Source: an uncultured Clostridia bacterium
GTDB taxonomy: Bacteria > Bacillota > Clostridia > Oscillospirales > Ruminococcaceae
Assembly: GCA_947629905.1 (NCBI GenBank)
Contig: CANRFM010000008.1
Coordinates: 5,811 to 69,810 of the forward strand
Reading direction: 5' to 3'
Length of the DNA: 64,000 nucleotides
Shown here: positions 8,659 through 17,339 of the stretch, one piece after another
How positions within the stretch are numbered: position 1 is the first letter of the stretch
Layout of the letters: every line of letters starts with the position of its first letter
Notes under the pieces: model-generated
What the model saw: only the letters and a program-made list of their open reading frames with translations
Told to the model about the DNA's origin: nothing
The model's database searches: none
Program-made: the position numbers and the translations under genes

Positions 8659-9501
8659 GTGAAGAAAAAAGATAAACAAGATACAAAACCGGCAAAGCCG
8701 AAAAAGGAAAAGAAGGTCAAGGAGAAAAAGCCGCAAGTTGTCGAAAATCATGGCATTACCGGTATCGGTACGGACTATACTGTCTACATTCTCAGCCGCA
8801 GTCAGAAATTGCTTGCTCTGGCAGCCGGGCTGCTGATCGGCTTTGTGGCAAGCTACATCTATCTAAACAATACGATCGTGAGCATACTTGTCGGGCTGGT
8901 TGCTGCCTACAAAGCACCTGCGATCTATACGAACATCTTGTTCCGGAAACGGCAGCAGGATCTGCGTGTCCAGTTCCGGGATATGCTCGAATCGCTGAGT
9001 AACTCCTACACGGTCGGCATGACGGCAAACCGGGCATTTCATGCAGCGTATTCGGATATGACGGTCGAACATGGACCAGATGCGTGGATCACCAAAGAAT
9101 TACAGCTGATCTGCTCGGCACATGACAATCAGGGTCTCGAGATCAAGGACATGATGAACGATTTCGCACAGCGGAGCGGTATCGATGATGTGCGCAGTTT
9201 TGCAGGCGTATTTGACGTTTCATCCAACCTTGGCGGTGATATTGCAAAGGTCGTTCGTGAGACACGGGACATGATCGGTGATAAGATCGAAGTGGAACTG
9301 GAAATACAGACCATTGTGACAGCACAGAAGAATCAGCTGAACATTCTTGCGGTCATGCCGCTTATCATGTCACTGCTGACACGAACTTTTGAAACCGGAG
9401 GCGGCGGCGGTATGATCGTTGTGCTGCTCAAACTGGCAGCACTGGGACTGTTCGTCTTTGCCTATTGGATGGGTACAAAGATCGTAGATATCAAAGTCTG
9501 A
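8659..9501 (+). CDS. tadB: TadB-like inner-membrane platform protein (T2SS-F family)
   Basis: GTG start 6 nt after GGAGGG. TM helices are present, along with the GGDIAKVVRETRDMIGDKIEVELEIQTIVTAQKNQLNILAVMPL pattern typical of TadB/GspF-type proteins. Confidence 0.75.
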   Translation: MKKKDKQDTKPAKPKKEKKVKEKKPQVVENHGITGIGTDYTVYILSRSQKLLALAAGLLIGFVASYIYLNNTIVSILVGLVAAYKAPAIYTNILFRKRQQDLRVQFRDMLESLSNSYTVGMTANRAFHAAYSDMTVEHGPDAWITKELQLICSAHDNQGLEIKDMMNDFAQRSGIDDVRSFAGVFDVSSNLGGDIAKVVRETRDMIGDKIEVELEIQTIVTAQKNQLNILAVMPLIMSLLTRTFETGGGGGMIVVLLKLAALGLFVFAYWMGTKIVDIKV

Positions 9502-9512
9502 GAGGTGAGCGT

Positions 9513-10412
9513 ATGTTTTTTATCATGCTGTTGTGTGCAGTGATCTCAACGATCTGTTTTGTGGTGTGGGTAATGCTGTTTCTGCGTTACCGGCATCAGT
9601 TTGACGGAATGCTGGACGATGTGGACGAAAAGACCTTTACACTGAAAAACCTGTATTTCATCGGTCTTGGCTTCATTGAAAGCTATGAGCATATCAAAAA
9701 CACGAAGATCACCGCCAATGAAAAGGCAATCGAAAGAATGAAGTATCTTTCCGAAGTTTTCGGACGGGAAGAAGCGGAGTTATATTACTATATATCGACA
9801 GGGGCAACGATCTCACTGATCCTCACATTTGTGCCGATTGGTCTAATGCTCACCTGCCTTCTGCAGAGCTTTTCCGGACTGTTGTGCGGTGTGCTTCTTG
9901 CAGCAGTTTTACCATATGGTATCCATTTAAGTATCAATTCGGCTGTGGATGCCAAGAAGGATGCCATTCTCAGTGAATTTCCAAAAATGGTGTCCAGACT
10001 GACACTGCTCATCAATGCAGGGATGCTTGTGCGCCGTGCGTGGGATGAGGTCGCTAACTCCGATCATAAGGAGAAGCTGTATGCCGAGATGCGCATAACT
10101 TCCAAGGACATGCAGGAAGGTATGTCCATTGAAGCAGCCATGAATGCCTTTGCATCCCGCTGCGGCATACGTGAAATGCGAAAGTTTTCTTCTATTTTTG
10201 TTCAAGCTGTCAATCGTGGAGCGGCGGATTCGATCGAGTCCATGAAAATAATGGCAGACGAGGCATGGGAACAGAAAAAGCAGATATCCAAACAAAAGGG
10301 CGAGGCAGCTTCCGGAAAGCTCATGATCCCCAATATGATCATGTTTGCCGGGATCCTGCTTGTTGTGGTCGCCCCAATGATCATTACTATGGTCACAAAT
10401 TTTTCGGCGTGA
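9513..10412 (+). CDS. tadC: TadC-like inner-membrane platform protein (T2SS-F family)
   Basis: ATG at 9513 follows GAGGTGAG. Motifs EFPKMVSRLTLLINAGMLVRRAW and AWEQKKQISKQKGEAASGKLMIPNMIMFAGILLVVVAPMI are present. The track ORF start at 9465 overlaps tadB. Confidence 0.75.
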   Translation: MFFIMLLCAVISTICFVVWVMLFLRYRHQFDGMLDDVDEKTFTLKNLYFIGLGFIESYEHIKNTKITANEKAIERMKYLSEVFGREEAELYYYISTGATISLILTFVPIGLMLTCLLQSFSGLLCGVLLAAVLPYGIHLSINSAVDAKKDAILSEFPKMVSRLTLLINAGMLVRRAWDEVANSDHKEKLYAEMRITSKDMQEGMSIEAAMNAFASRCGIREMRKFSSIFVQAVNRGAADSIESMKIMADEAWEQKKQISKQKGEAASGKLMIPNMIMFAGILLVVVAPMIITMVTNFSA

Positions 10413-10427
10413 AAGGAGGTGAAATAT

Positions 10428-10661
10428 ATGCTCGATAAGGTTTTGAACAAGGTCTGCCGTGCATTTCTCAAAGCCAGAAACAAATTTATGGAGCTGGCAA
10501 ATGAGGAAAGCGGTATGGAAACGGTCGAAGTCGTTATTCTGGTTGCGATCGCTGTAGTAGTAGCTGGTGTCATCCTTGACTTTTTGCAAGGTGACAAAGG
10601 TTTCATCAATACAATCTTTACTAAAATTGAAACTGCGATCGGAACTATGCTTGGTGTATAG
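10428..10661 (+). CDS. flp: Flp-family (type IVc) prepilin
   Basis: AGGAGG-N8-ATG. The protein is 77 aa with a basic leader, then ESG|METVEVVILVAIAVVVAGVIL (Gly cleavage site, Glu at +5, hydrophobic helix). Confidence 0.8.
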   Translation: MLDKVLNKVCRAFLKARNKFMELANEESGMETVEVVILVAIAVVVAGVILDFLQGDKGFINTIFTKIETAIGTMLGV

Positions 10662-10689
10662 CCAACATAACTGAAACAGTAGTTCCAAA

Positions 10690-10727
10690 GCCAGCCATCC
10701 TACCATGCCGGATGGCACGGCTTTGTA
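10690..10727 (+). terminator. Imperfect hairpin plus T-rich tail after flp (candidate attenuator)
   Basis: gcc-a-gccatcc ...ggatggc-ac-ggc followed by tttgtat. A second perfect 8-bp hairpin cggcagaa-tt-ttctgccg lies at 10731-10748. Confidence 0.35.
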
Positions 10728-10789
10728 TACGGCAGAATTTTCTGCCGCATGCAAAACCGTAAAAATTATAAAGAAAGCGGGGAAAGATC

Positions 10790-11506
10790 ATGAAGAGAAT
10801 GCGTAAATTTCTGAGGGATGAAAGCGGTGCGGCGGAAATGATAGAAGCTGCTTTTGTCTATCCAGCCGTGTTTCTGTGCCTGTTTCTGCTGATCTATATT
10901 GGACTTTTTATCTTGCAGTCCATTACAGTGGGGACGTACGCACGAAAACTGGCGCTGCTGGCATCGAGGGAGATCGCCTGTCCGGGCTACATAGATATGT
11001 GTATGTATAAGGACGAGAAAGGCGCAGATGTAAGTGCCTTTTCCGATGCATCTGTGGAACTGGCATCGGGGTCAGGTGTCGGTCCCAGCACAAAACCGTC
11101 AACGGTGGATGCACGGCCCTATCGCTATTTCACGTCCAATCTGCTTGACGATGCGACAAACCAACAGCTGGAAAAGGTGGCACGCCAATTGCTGGCAAAA
11201 GGGTCGATCCTTGCGGGAAAAGGAAATGCGACCATAGAAGTGAAGGCGAAGAATTATTTCATCGTGCAGTATGTGACGGTGAGTGTCAAGCAGCCGCTGA
11301 TGGATTTCCCGCTGCTCAAAGCATTCGGTGTCAATCCGACTGTGCAGGCGAGTGCCACAGCAGCCGTAAATGACACGGATGAGTTTGTACGAAATGTGGA
11401 TTTTGTCGCAGATGCCCTGCAGGTGCTTGCCAAAAAGATCGGCATCAATGTGGATGCTATCAAGGATAAAGTCAACGAAGCCATGACAACGCTCAAATTA
11501 AAATAA
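10790..11506 (+). CDS. TadE-like pseudopilin/minor pilin 1
   Basis: N-terminus RDESGAAEMIEAAFVYPAVFLCLFLLIYIGLFIL is a TadE/TadG-type hydrophobic N-terminus. Confidence 0.65.
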   Translation: MKRMRKFLRDESGAAEMIEAAFVYPAVFLCLFLLIYIGLFILQSITVGTYARKLALLASREIACPGYIDMCMYKDEKGADVSAFSDASVELASGSGVGPSTKPSTVDARPYRYFTSNLLDDATNQQLEKVARQLLAKGSILAGKGNATIEVKAKNYFIVQYVTVSVKQPLMDFPLLKAFGVNPTVQASATAAVNDTDEFVRNVDFVADALQVLAKKIGINVDAIKDKVNEAMTTLKLK

Positions 11507-11517
11507 GGAGGTACGAA

Positions 11518-14500
11518 ATGGAACTGATCAGATCACATAAGGGCGCCATCTCAATTTTCTTGATCATCATGCTGCTGCCAATGGTAACGTATGCAACGAT
11601 CATCATTGACGGGGCGAGGGTCATCACTTCCCGAACGACGATCGCCAATGCAGGCGACCTTGCCATGAATGCGGCACTGTCGGAGTATGAACAGACACTT
11701 GAAGATATGTACGGGCTGTTTGCTACGGCAGCTTCCGAGGAAGATCTGAAAATGCAGCTCAAATCCTACTTTGCACAGACCCTTGAGGGAAGATTCTACA
11801 ACGGTCAAAGAGGGGACTACAGTACCCAGCAGCTGACAGATGATGTTATCGATGCGATCTTCCAATATGAGGAAGACAGCCAAGGCATTGCGAATTTCAT
11901 TCAGATGAAAACGGAAGAATTTGACTTTTCTCCTGTGCAGAATTCCTCGCTGGCAAATCAGGCGATCATGAAACGGCAGATCGTGGAGTACATGAAGTAC
12001 AAAGGACCGGTCTCGCTGGCGAGCAACTTGTTCAGCAAGCTGGATTTTCTGAAAGATTCTGCCAGCCAGACAGAAGTTCTGGAGAAGAAAGTCGAATACA
12101 CAGAGAAGCTCGACACCATTCAGGATGCCTGCGAAGCAGCGCTGCAGGCTCTGAACGATTACAATAGTGCAGCAAAAGACTATAACGATACATATGGCAA
12201 AGGAAAAGGCAAAGTCAAAACGATCATTGACAACATGAAAAAAGATTACCAGTATATGTCCGCCTGCCTGCTCATGGAGAAAAGCTCAGAGCTTGAGACG
12301 TTTTCATGGGATGATCTGGATATAACGGAAGATAAAGATGTGAACGATATCAACAGTACGCTCGATCAGATCGAACAGAATCTGACAGCAGAAGAGCTCA
12401 CACGGCAGGATCTGCATGAAATGTTATCCATACTGAAGGTTACCTATGAAAACAGTATCAAATCAGGTTTGATGCGGGGGCTAATGAAAGTGGACATCCA
12501 AGAAGCTCAGGTAGATCCGACAACACAGGAACGTCCCTACCCGACCATTGATCTCATCATAGAGAGCGAAAAACAATATGATGATACCAATGTGCCCTAT
12601 CAGGATCGTCTTGACAATTATGTAAAAGATCTGAATAGCATCTCGCAAGTCGACCGTGCAAATGGCGAGGTCTATGTGCAAGCATTGGAGGAACATTTCC
12701 AGAAACTGAATGAAGCAAATCAATTTGCAAAGGGGGCAGAAGGTTATCTCATCAAGATCAGGGCGACCTATAGAATACTGGAACGTCTGAACTCGTTATA
12801 TAGCAGTATTTTTTCGAGCTATGCACACAAGTATGAATCAGATTATGAAGCAACGTTTAGAAAGTATAATGAAAATGCCAGTGACAAGGATGTAGAAGAC
12901 GCACTGAATGCGGCAAAGAAAAACTGGACGAATATTCAGGACACGAACAATCCATACAACGAATTTATAAGCGAATATTATGAGTTTGATCGGGGGAATT
13001 ATGAGATCAACACTGTGTTTAGTAAATTAAATAACAGTAGCTACGCCAGAAGTGTCAGTGATTTTCTTAAAAAGGTAAGTGATGACAGTATTTACGAGAA
13101 CAGTGCAGATTTTTATGCCGCAAGAGCTGCAGAGGACATCACCGCCTATTATAACTGCGTTGCGGACGTTGCGGCAAAAGCCTTCGCATCCAATTACTAT
13201 TTGGGTGAAGTCATAAAAAAGCTTAAGGATGCGGAAAATGCAAAAAACGACTGGCAGGATAAAGTCAACGGTCTCCCATCCGGCAGTACCAAGACTGCCA
13301 TGCAGAGTGACCTGAAATCAACCACCGAAGGACTCAAAAAGTCAGATGTTGAAGCGCTTCAGAAAGTGATGAAAGGCATTTATGACCTGTTTTCCAAAAA
13401 GAAAAAAGAGATCTTAGATACTGAAATTCAAAAAGGTGTTCAGTTTTGCGGTCTCTCACCGATCAATGTCAAAAAGAGCGGTCCATTTCTAAAAACTGCT
13501 CCATTTTCAAATATATCTAAATTGACCAATGTGAGCGATGTAAACAATATTGCGGCATCACTGGTGGATACTAAACTGCAGATGTCAGAAGATATTGAAA
13601 ACGAGATCGAGGCGAAAATAATCTATGGCATCCAAAATGACGAAAAGTTTTTCCTCACGCTGAAAAGCATCTGCGAACCTTACAAAACGGAAGAAAAAAA
13701 TACAAAGCAGGATGAAGCTATGGACAAGGTCAAACAGATACGTGATGATGCGCAGAAAGAAGCAAAGAAAAGTGATACCACGACAGAACAGAAAACGCCT
13801 GAAAGTGAGACACCAAAAGGCGATGACAGCGGCGGCGATAACAGCGGTGGCGGCGATAACAGCGGCGGCAGCGGTAACAGCGGCAGCGATGGCGACAATA
13901 CCAAAGAAGATAAAGCAGTAAGTAAAGACATCGGTAAAATTTATGAAACGATCGATAGCGTTGCCCAAGCGGGAAACAGTTCGGACAGTATGGAAATGTC
14001 GGGCATATCGAACATGACGTTCGAAAAGAAAGATGACTACAAAGAGGATTCCGGTAATGCCAAAACTGCTTTGACATCGGCACAAAACCTGCTGTCTTCT
14101 CTGAAAAATATCGCTGTGAAGGCAAGAGACTACGCCTATCTGGAAGAATATTTCACAGAAATGTTCACCTGCCGCACATTTACATCCGATGAGCTGATCA
14201 ATAAAAAGCCTCAGGAATTGATGCTGCTCAACGGTTATTCTCCTACTGTTAAAGGGAACAAACACATCAACACCAAAACCAACTGGTACGGCAAAGAGAT
14301 CGAATACATCATCTGGGGTAATCCGGATCTGAATAAGAATCTGGATTACACGGATGCATGGATCTATCTTGTCCGGTTCGCACTCAATGCGATCTACGCT
14401 TTCACATCGTCGGATATCCAGATGGTAGCCCTTGAAATGGCAACAGCTATCGCAGGGTGGACAGTCGTAGGTGTCCCCATTGTACAGGCGTGCATCACGC

Positions 14501-15741
14501 TTGGGCTTGCCGTGGCAGAAAGTGCTTATGATATTGTTCTCCTGCATGAAGGAAAAGACGTACCGATCTATAAAAATGCGCAGACCTTTGTCTGCTCTCC
14601 AGCCGGACTTGCCAATGCAGTCGGAACGCAGCTAACGGAGTATGTGGCAGAAAAGGTGGAAAATGCCATTGACGAGAAGATCGATCAGCTGGCAAACAAC
14701 ACTTATAATAGTATAAATGATGCCATGAGCGACGTAAATGAGGTACTCGACGATTATGTTAACAACCAAGCAGAGGGGATCCTTGCTTCTGTTACGGATC
14801 AGTTTGCGACCCCGATCGTCAATGCACTTACACCGATACTCAACAGCGTTGATACGACACGGGAAAATGCTGTTGATAAGGTGAATGAGATCGAAAAAAA
14901 GATTGAGGATACAATCGAAACTGTATGGAGTAATATCTATGACAGCATCAACAATTCCCTCCCGGATGGTATCGCAAAAGATCTGGCATTGGAAGCATAT
15001 AATAAAGGCAGTGGAACCATCAAAGACAGCTTGAAAGGTGAGATACAAACATATTTTAATAATGTCACAGGCATAAACGATACACTTCCTGAAAATTCCG
15101 TTTACTTTCTCAGAGATCAGCTGGTAGGTGTTAAGAAGGGCGAGGACGGTAAGACAATCGGAACCGGTATCATTTCCGGCTGGATCTACGGATACCGGGA
15201 TACGATAGAAAGTAAAATAAAGAAACTGACTGAAAAAACAAGCCAAAAGATCAAAGACATGGGCGACGAGGGCATAAAGAACCTCAAGAGCACACTGCAC
15301 GACGAACTTGGCAGCATGACCACTGAGATCAGCGGCTCTGTCTCAGAGATGATCACTGACAATCTGGGCAATACTGTCTCAAATAATATGGTCTCTGACA
15401 GCGCAAACTCCAAAGGTTTTACGCTCAATTACAAGGAATACTGCAAGATCATAGTCTTTGTCAAGCTCATCGAAAACAAAGAGGGCGTAATGCTCAACCG
15501 GGCTGCTGCCCTGATAGAGGCAAATGTACAGGCAGCAGAAGGCAACGATCAGTTCGGTATCACTAAGACCTGCACCCTTGTCAAGATCGATGCAACAGTC
15601 CGGATGAAAACATTTTTCCCGTGGGCGGTAAAGGTAGAAGATTCTACTGACGTGGACGGCTCAACGAGTATCCAGCCAGATCTGACCAAACTGGGTGAGT
15701 ACGATGTGGATATCCACTATCAGGGTATCAATGGTTACTAA
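11518..15741 (+). CDS. Giant (1407 aa) TadG-like N-terminally anchored protein of unknown function
   Basis: N-terminus SHKGAISIFLIIMLLPMVTYATIIIDGARVITSRTTIANAGDLAMNAA. A long K/E/D/N-rich region and an SGGDN low-complexity hinge follow. An internal ~60-aa hydrophobic block sits at 14359-14541. The SD GGAGG lies upstream. Confidence 0.8.
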   Translation: MELIRSHKGAISIFLIIMLLPMVTYATIIIDGARVITSRTTIANAGDLAMNAALSEYEQTLEDMYGLFATAASEEDLKMQLKSYFAQTLEGRFYNGQRGDYSTQQLTDDVIDAIFQYEEDSQGIANFIQMKTEEFDFSPVQNSSLANQAIMKRQIVEYMKYKGPVSLASNLFSKLDFLKDSASQTEVLEKKVEYTEKLDTIQDACEAALQALNDYNSAAKDYNDTYGKGKGKVKTIIDNMKKDYQYMSACLLMEKSSELETFSWDDLDITEDKDVNDINSTLDQIEQNLTAEELTRQDLHEMLSILKVTYENSIKSGLMRGLMKVDIQEAQVDPTTQERPYPTIDLIIESEKQYDDTNVPYQDRLDNYVKDLNSISQVDRANGEVYVQALEEHFQKLNEANQFAKGAEGYLIKIRATYRILERLNSLYSSIFSSYAHKYESDYEATFRKYNENASDKDVEDALNAAKKNWTNIQDTNNPYNEFISEYYEFDRGNYEINTVFSKLNNSSYARSVSDFLKKVSDDSIYENSADFYAARAAEDITAYYNCVADVAAKAFASNYYLGEVIKKLKDAENAKNDWQDKVNGLPSGSTKTAMQSDLKSTTEGLKKSDVEALQKVMKGIYDLFSKKKKEILDTEIQKGVQFCGLSPINVKKSGPFLKTAPFSNISKLTNVSDVNNIAASLVDTKLQMSEDIENEIEAKIIYGIQNDEKFFLTLKSICEPYKTEEKNTKQDEAMDKVKQIRDDAQKEAKKSDTTTEQKTPESETPKGDDSGGDNSGGGDNSGGSGNSGSDGDNTKEDKAVSKDIGKIYETIDSVAQAGNSSDSMEMSGISNMTFEKKDDYKEDSGNAKTALTSAQNLLSSLKNIAVKARDYAYLEEYFTEMFTCRTFTSDELINKKPQELMLLNGYSPTVKGNKHINTKTNWYGKEIEYIIWGNPDLNKNLDYTDAWIYLVRFALNAIYAFTSSDIQMVALEMATAIAGWTVVGVPIVQACITLGLAVAESAYDIVLLHEGKDVPIYKNAQTFVCSPAGLANAVGTQLTEYVAEKVENAIDEKIDQLANNTYNSINDAMSDVNEVLDDYVNNQAEGILASVTDQFATPIVNALTPILNSVDTTRENAVDKVNEIEKKIEDTIETVWSNIYDSINNSLPDGIAKDLALEAYNKGSGTIKDSLKGEIQTYFNNVTGINDTLPENSVYFLRDQLVGVKKGEDGKTIGTGIISGWIYGYRDTIESKIKKLTEKTSQKIKDMGDEGIKNLKSTLHDELGSMTTEISGSVSEMITDNLGNTVSNNMVSDSANSKGFTLNYKEYCKIIVFVKLIENKEGVMLNRAAALIEANVQAAEGNDQFGITKTCTLVKIDATVRMKTFFPWAVKVEDSTDVDGSTSIQPDLTKLGEYDVDIHYQGINGY
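13821..13896 (+). repeat. Imperfect ~15-nt coding tandem repeat (DDSGGDNSGGGDNSGGSGNSGSDGD)
   Basis: agcggcggcgataac appears twice, followed by agcggcggcagcggtaac and agcggcagcgatggcgac. Confidence 0.7.
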
Positions 15742-15752
15742 GGGGGCGCACT

Positions 15753-16670
15753 ATGCTAAAAATTCACAGAAACAGAAAAAAAGACGAGACGGGTGCAACA
15801 TCTATCGAAGCAGTCATTAGCCTGACGTTTTTCATGCTGTCCATATTGGCATTGATGTTCATAGCTGCGATCATACAAGTGCAGGCAAATATGCAGTATG
15901 CGATCGGACAGACTGCCAAAGAGATCTCCGGTTATTACTATCTGCTTGACAAGCTTGGGCTTGCCGCTGTCACATCGGGGCAGCTTCCCGCTGAAACAAA
16001 GGAAAAGCTGAACTCGTTGGATTCTACCCTTGCCAGCTTTTCCTCTCTTGCCGGGGATGTGAAGCACACTGCTGAACAGTTTCAGGACTTGGATGAGCTG
16101 ACACCGGATAAATTAGAGGCTTTCATGAAGAACGCAGAAAGCACGGACTTTAAGGAAAAGGCGGAATCTCTCAGCAGTTCTTTCAAGGAAATGGTACAAA
16201 AAGGAGATCCCGTGGAACAGATGAAAGCCGTACTGCAATTGTTTGGCAAGACACTCGTCAGCAAGGCATTTTCCTATTATGTCACACCCTATGTCTGTCG
16301 GGCTCTCGTGCCAAAATATCTGAGCAACGGCAATGACGTGGAAGCCTACTGCGAGGCAATGGGGCTGAAATGGAACTGCGACAAGGATGACAATGCCACC
16401 GAATACATGGATTTCAAAAATTCCCAGCTTCTTATGGACGGAAGGTCGATCAAGATCACTGTAGAGTATACGATCAACACCAAACCCTTGACATTCGGGC
16501 TTGTAGATACGGTTCTGAAATGCCGTCAGACAGCTGCAACGGCAGCATGGATCCGTCCGGAGGACGGAGAAAACTCCTCCAAGAAAAAAATCAAAGACCT
16601 CCCTGTTCCGCCGGAAGTAACAGAACCCGCCAAGGAAGAGGAAGAAAAGCCACAGGAGGGCACGGAATAA
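15753..16670 (+). CDS. TadE-like pseudopilin/minor pilin 2
   Basis: N-terminus KKDETG|ATSIEAVISLTFFMLSILALMFIAAII has Gly followed by Glu at +5. The C-terminal tail is acidic and P-rich. Confidence 0.65.
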   Translation: MLKIHRNRKKDETGATSIEAVISLTFFMLSILALMFIAAIIQVQANMQYAIGQTAKEISGYYYLLDKLGLAAVTSGQLPAETKEKLNSLDSTLASFSSLAGDVKHTAEQFQDLDELTPDKLEAFMKNAESTDFKEKAESLSSSFKEMVQKGDPVEQMKAVLQLFGKTLVSKAFSYYVTPYVCRALVPKYLSNGNDVEAYCEAMGLKWNCDKDDNATEYMDFKNSQLLMDGRSIKITVEYTINTKPLTFGLVDTVLKCRQTAATAAWIRPEDGENSSKKKIKDLPVPPEVTEPAKEEEEKPQEGTE

Positions 16671-17329
16671 TGATCTGGGTTGAGCTGCTGATCGGAGCGG
16701 TCCTATCCGTCCTGCTTTCCGGGCTGGCGGTATGGTACAGGAAGATCTACCTTGATGAAGGGAAATCTTGTCAGCTGGCAGATGCCTTGCAGCAGCAGAA
16801 GCGTGCAGGGCTGCTGCTGTGTGCCGGGTACATCTGCGCAGCAGCCGGAATGCTGCTGACTAAAAAAGAACTGCCGCCCGTAGAGCTTGTACAGAATATC
16901 CTGCTCTGGGATGGAATGCTGCTGACCGCAAGCATTGATCTGCGTGTCAAGAAGATCCCGAACAAACTTGTCCTGCTGCTGCTCTTACTGCGTATTGTGT
17001 GCATGATAATCAGTATTGTGCTTGCACCTGACAGGGCAGTGGTGATCATAGTAGGTTCCTTGATCGGTATGGCAGTCGGCGGCGGTATCATTTTGGTCAT
17101 GCGGCTGTTTTCGAGAAGTGCAGCCGGTGCAGGCGATCTGAAAATGTTTGCCGTTCTGGGAGCCTATTTCGGCTTGCAGGGACTGATGCAGACGATGATC
17201 TATACGCTTTTTGCCTCGGCACTGGTCGCCATAGTGCTGCTGCTGCTGCGAAAAGCGGGAATGAAATCGACAATGCCAATGGCTCCCTTTATGCTGTGGG
17301 GATTGACAGTATATTACATTCTATTATAA
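16670..17329 (+). CDS. Prepilin peptidase, A24 family (TadV/CpaA-like)
   Basis: The ATG overlaps the upstream TAA. The protein is polytopic, with SIDLRVKKIPN and GAGDLKMFAVLGAYFG aspartate motifs. Confidence 0.75.
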   Translation: MIWVELLIGAVLSVLLSGLAVWYRKIYLDEGKSCQLADALQQQKRAGLLLCAGYICAAAGMLLTKKELPPVELVQNILLWDGMLLTASIDLRVKKIPNKLVLLLLLLRIVCMIISIVLAPDRAVVIIVGSLIGMAVGGGIILVMRLFSRSAAGAGDLKMFAVLGAYFGLQGLMQTMIYTLFASALVAIVLLLLRKAGMKSTMPMAPFMLWGLTVYYILL

Positions 17330-17339
17330 GTCTGGAGTG

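Noticed and set aside
13585-14547. 320-aa minus-strand ORF and neighbouring antisense ORFs inside the giant gene.
   Set aside because: They are shadow ORFs. The plus-strand frame is continuous for 1407 codons, with an SD and a TadG-like N-terminus.
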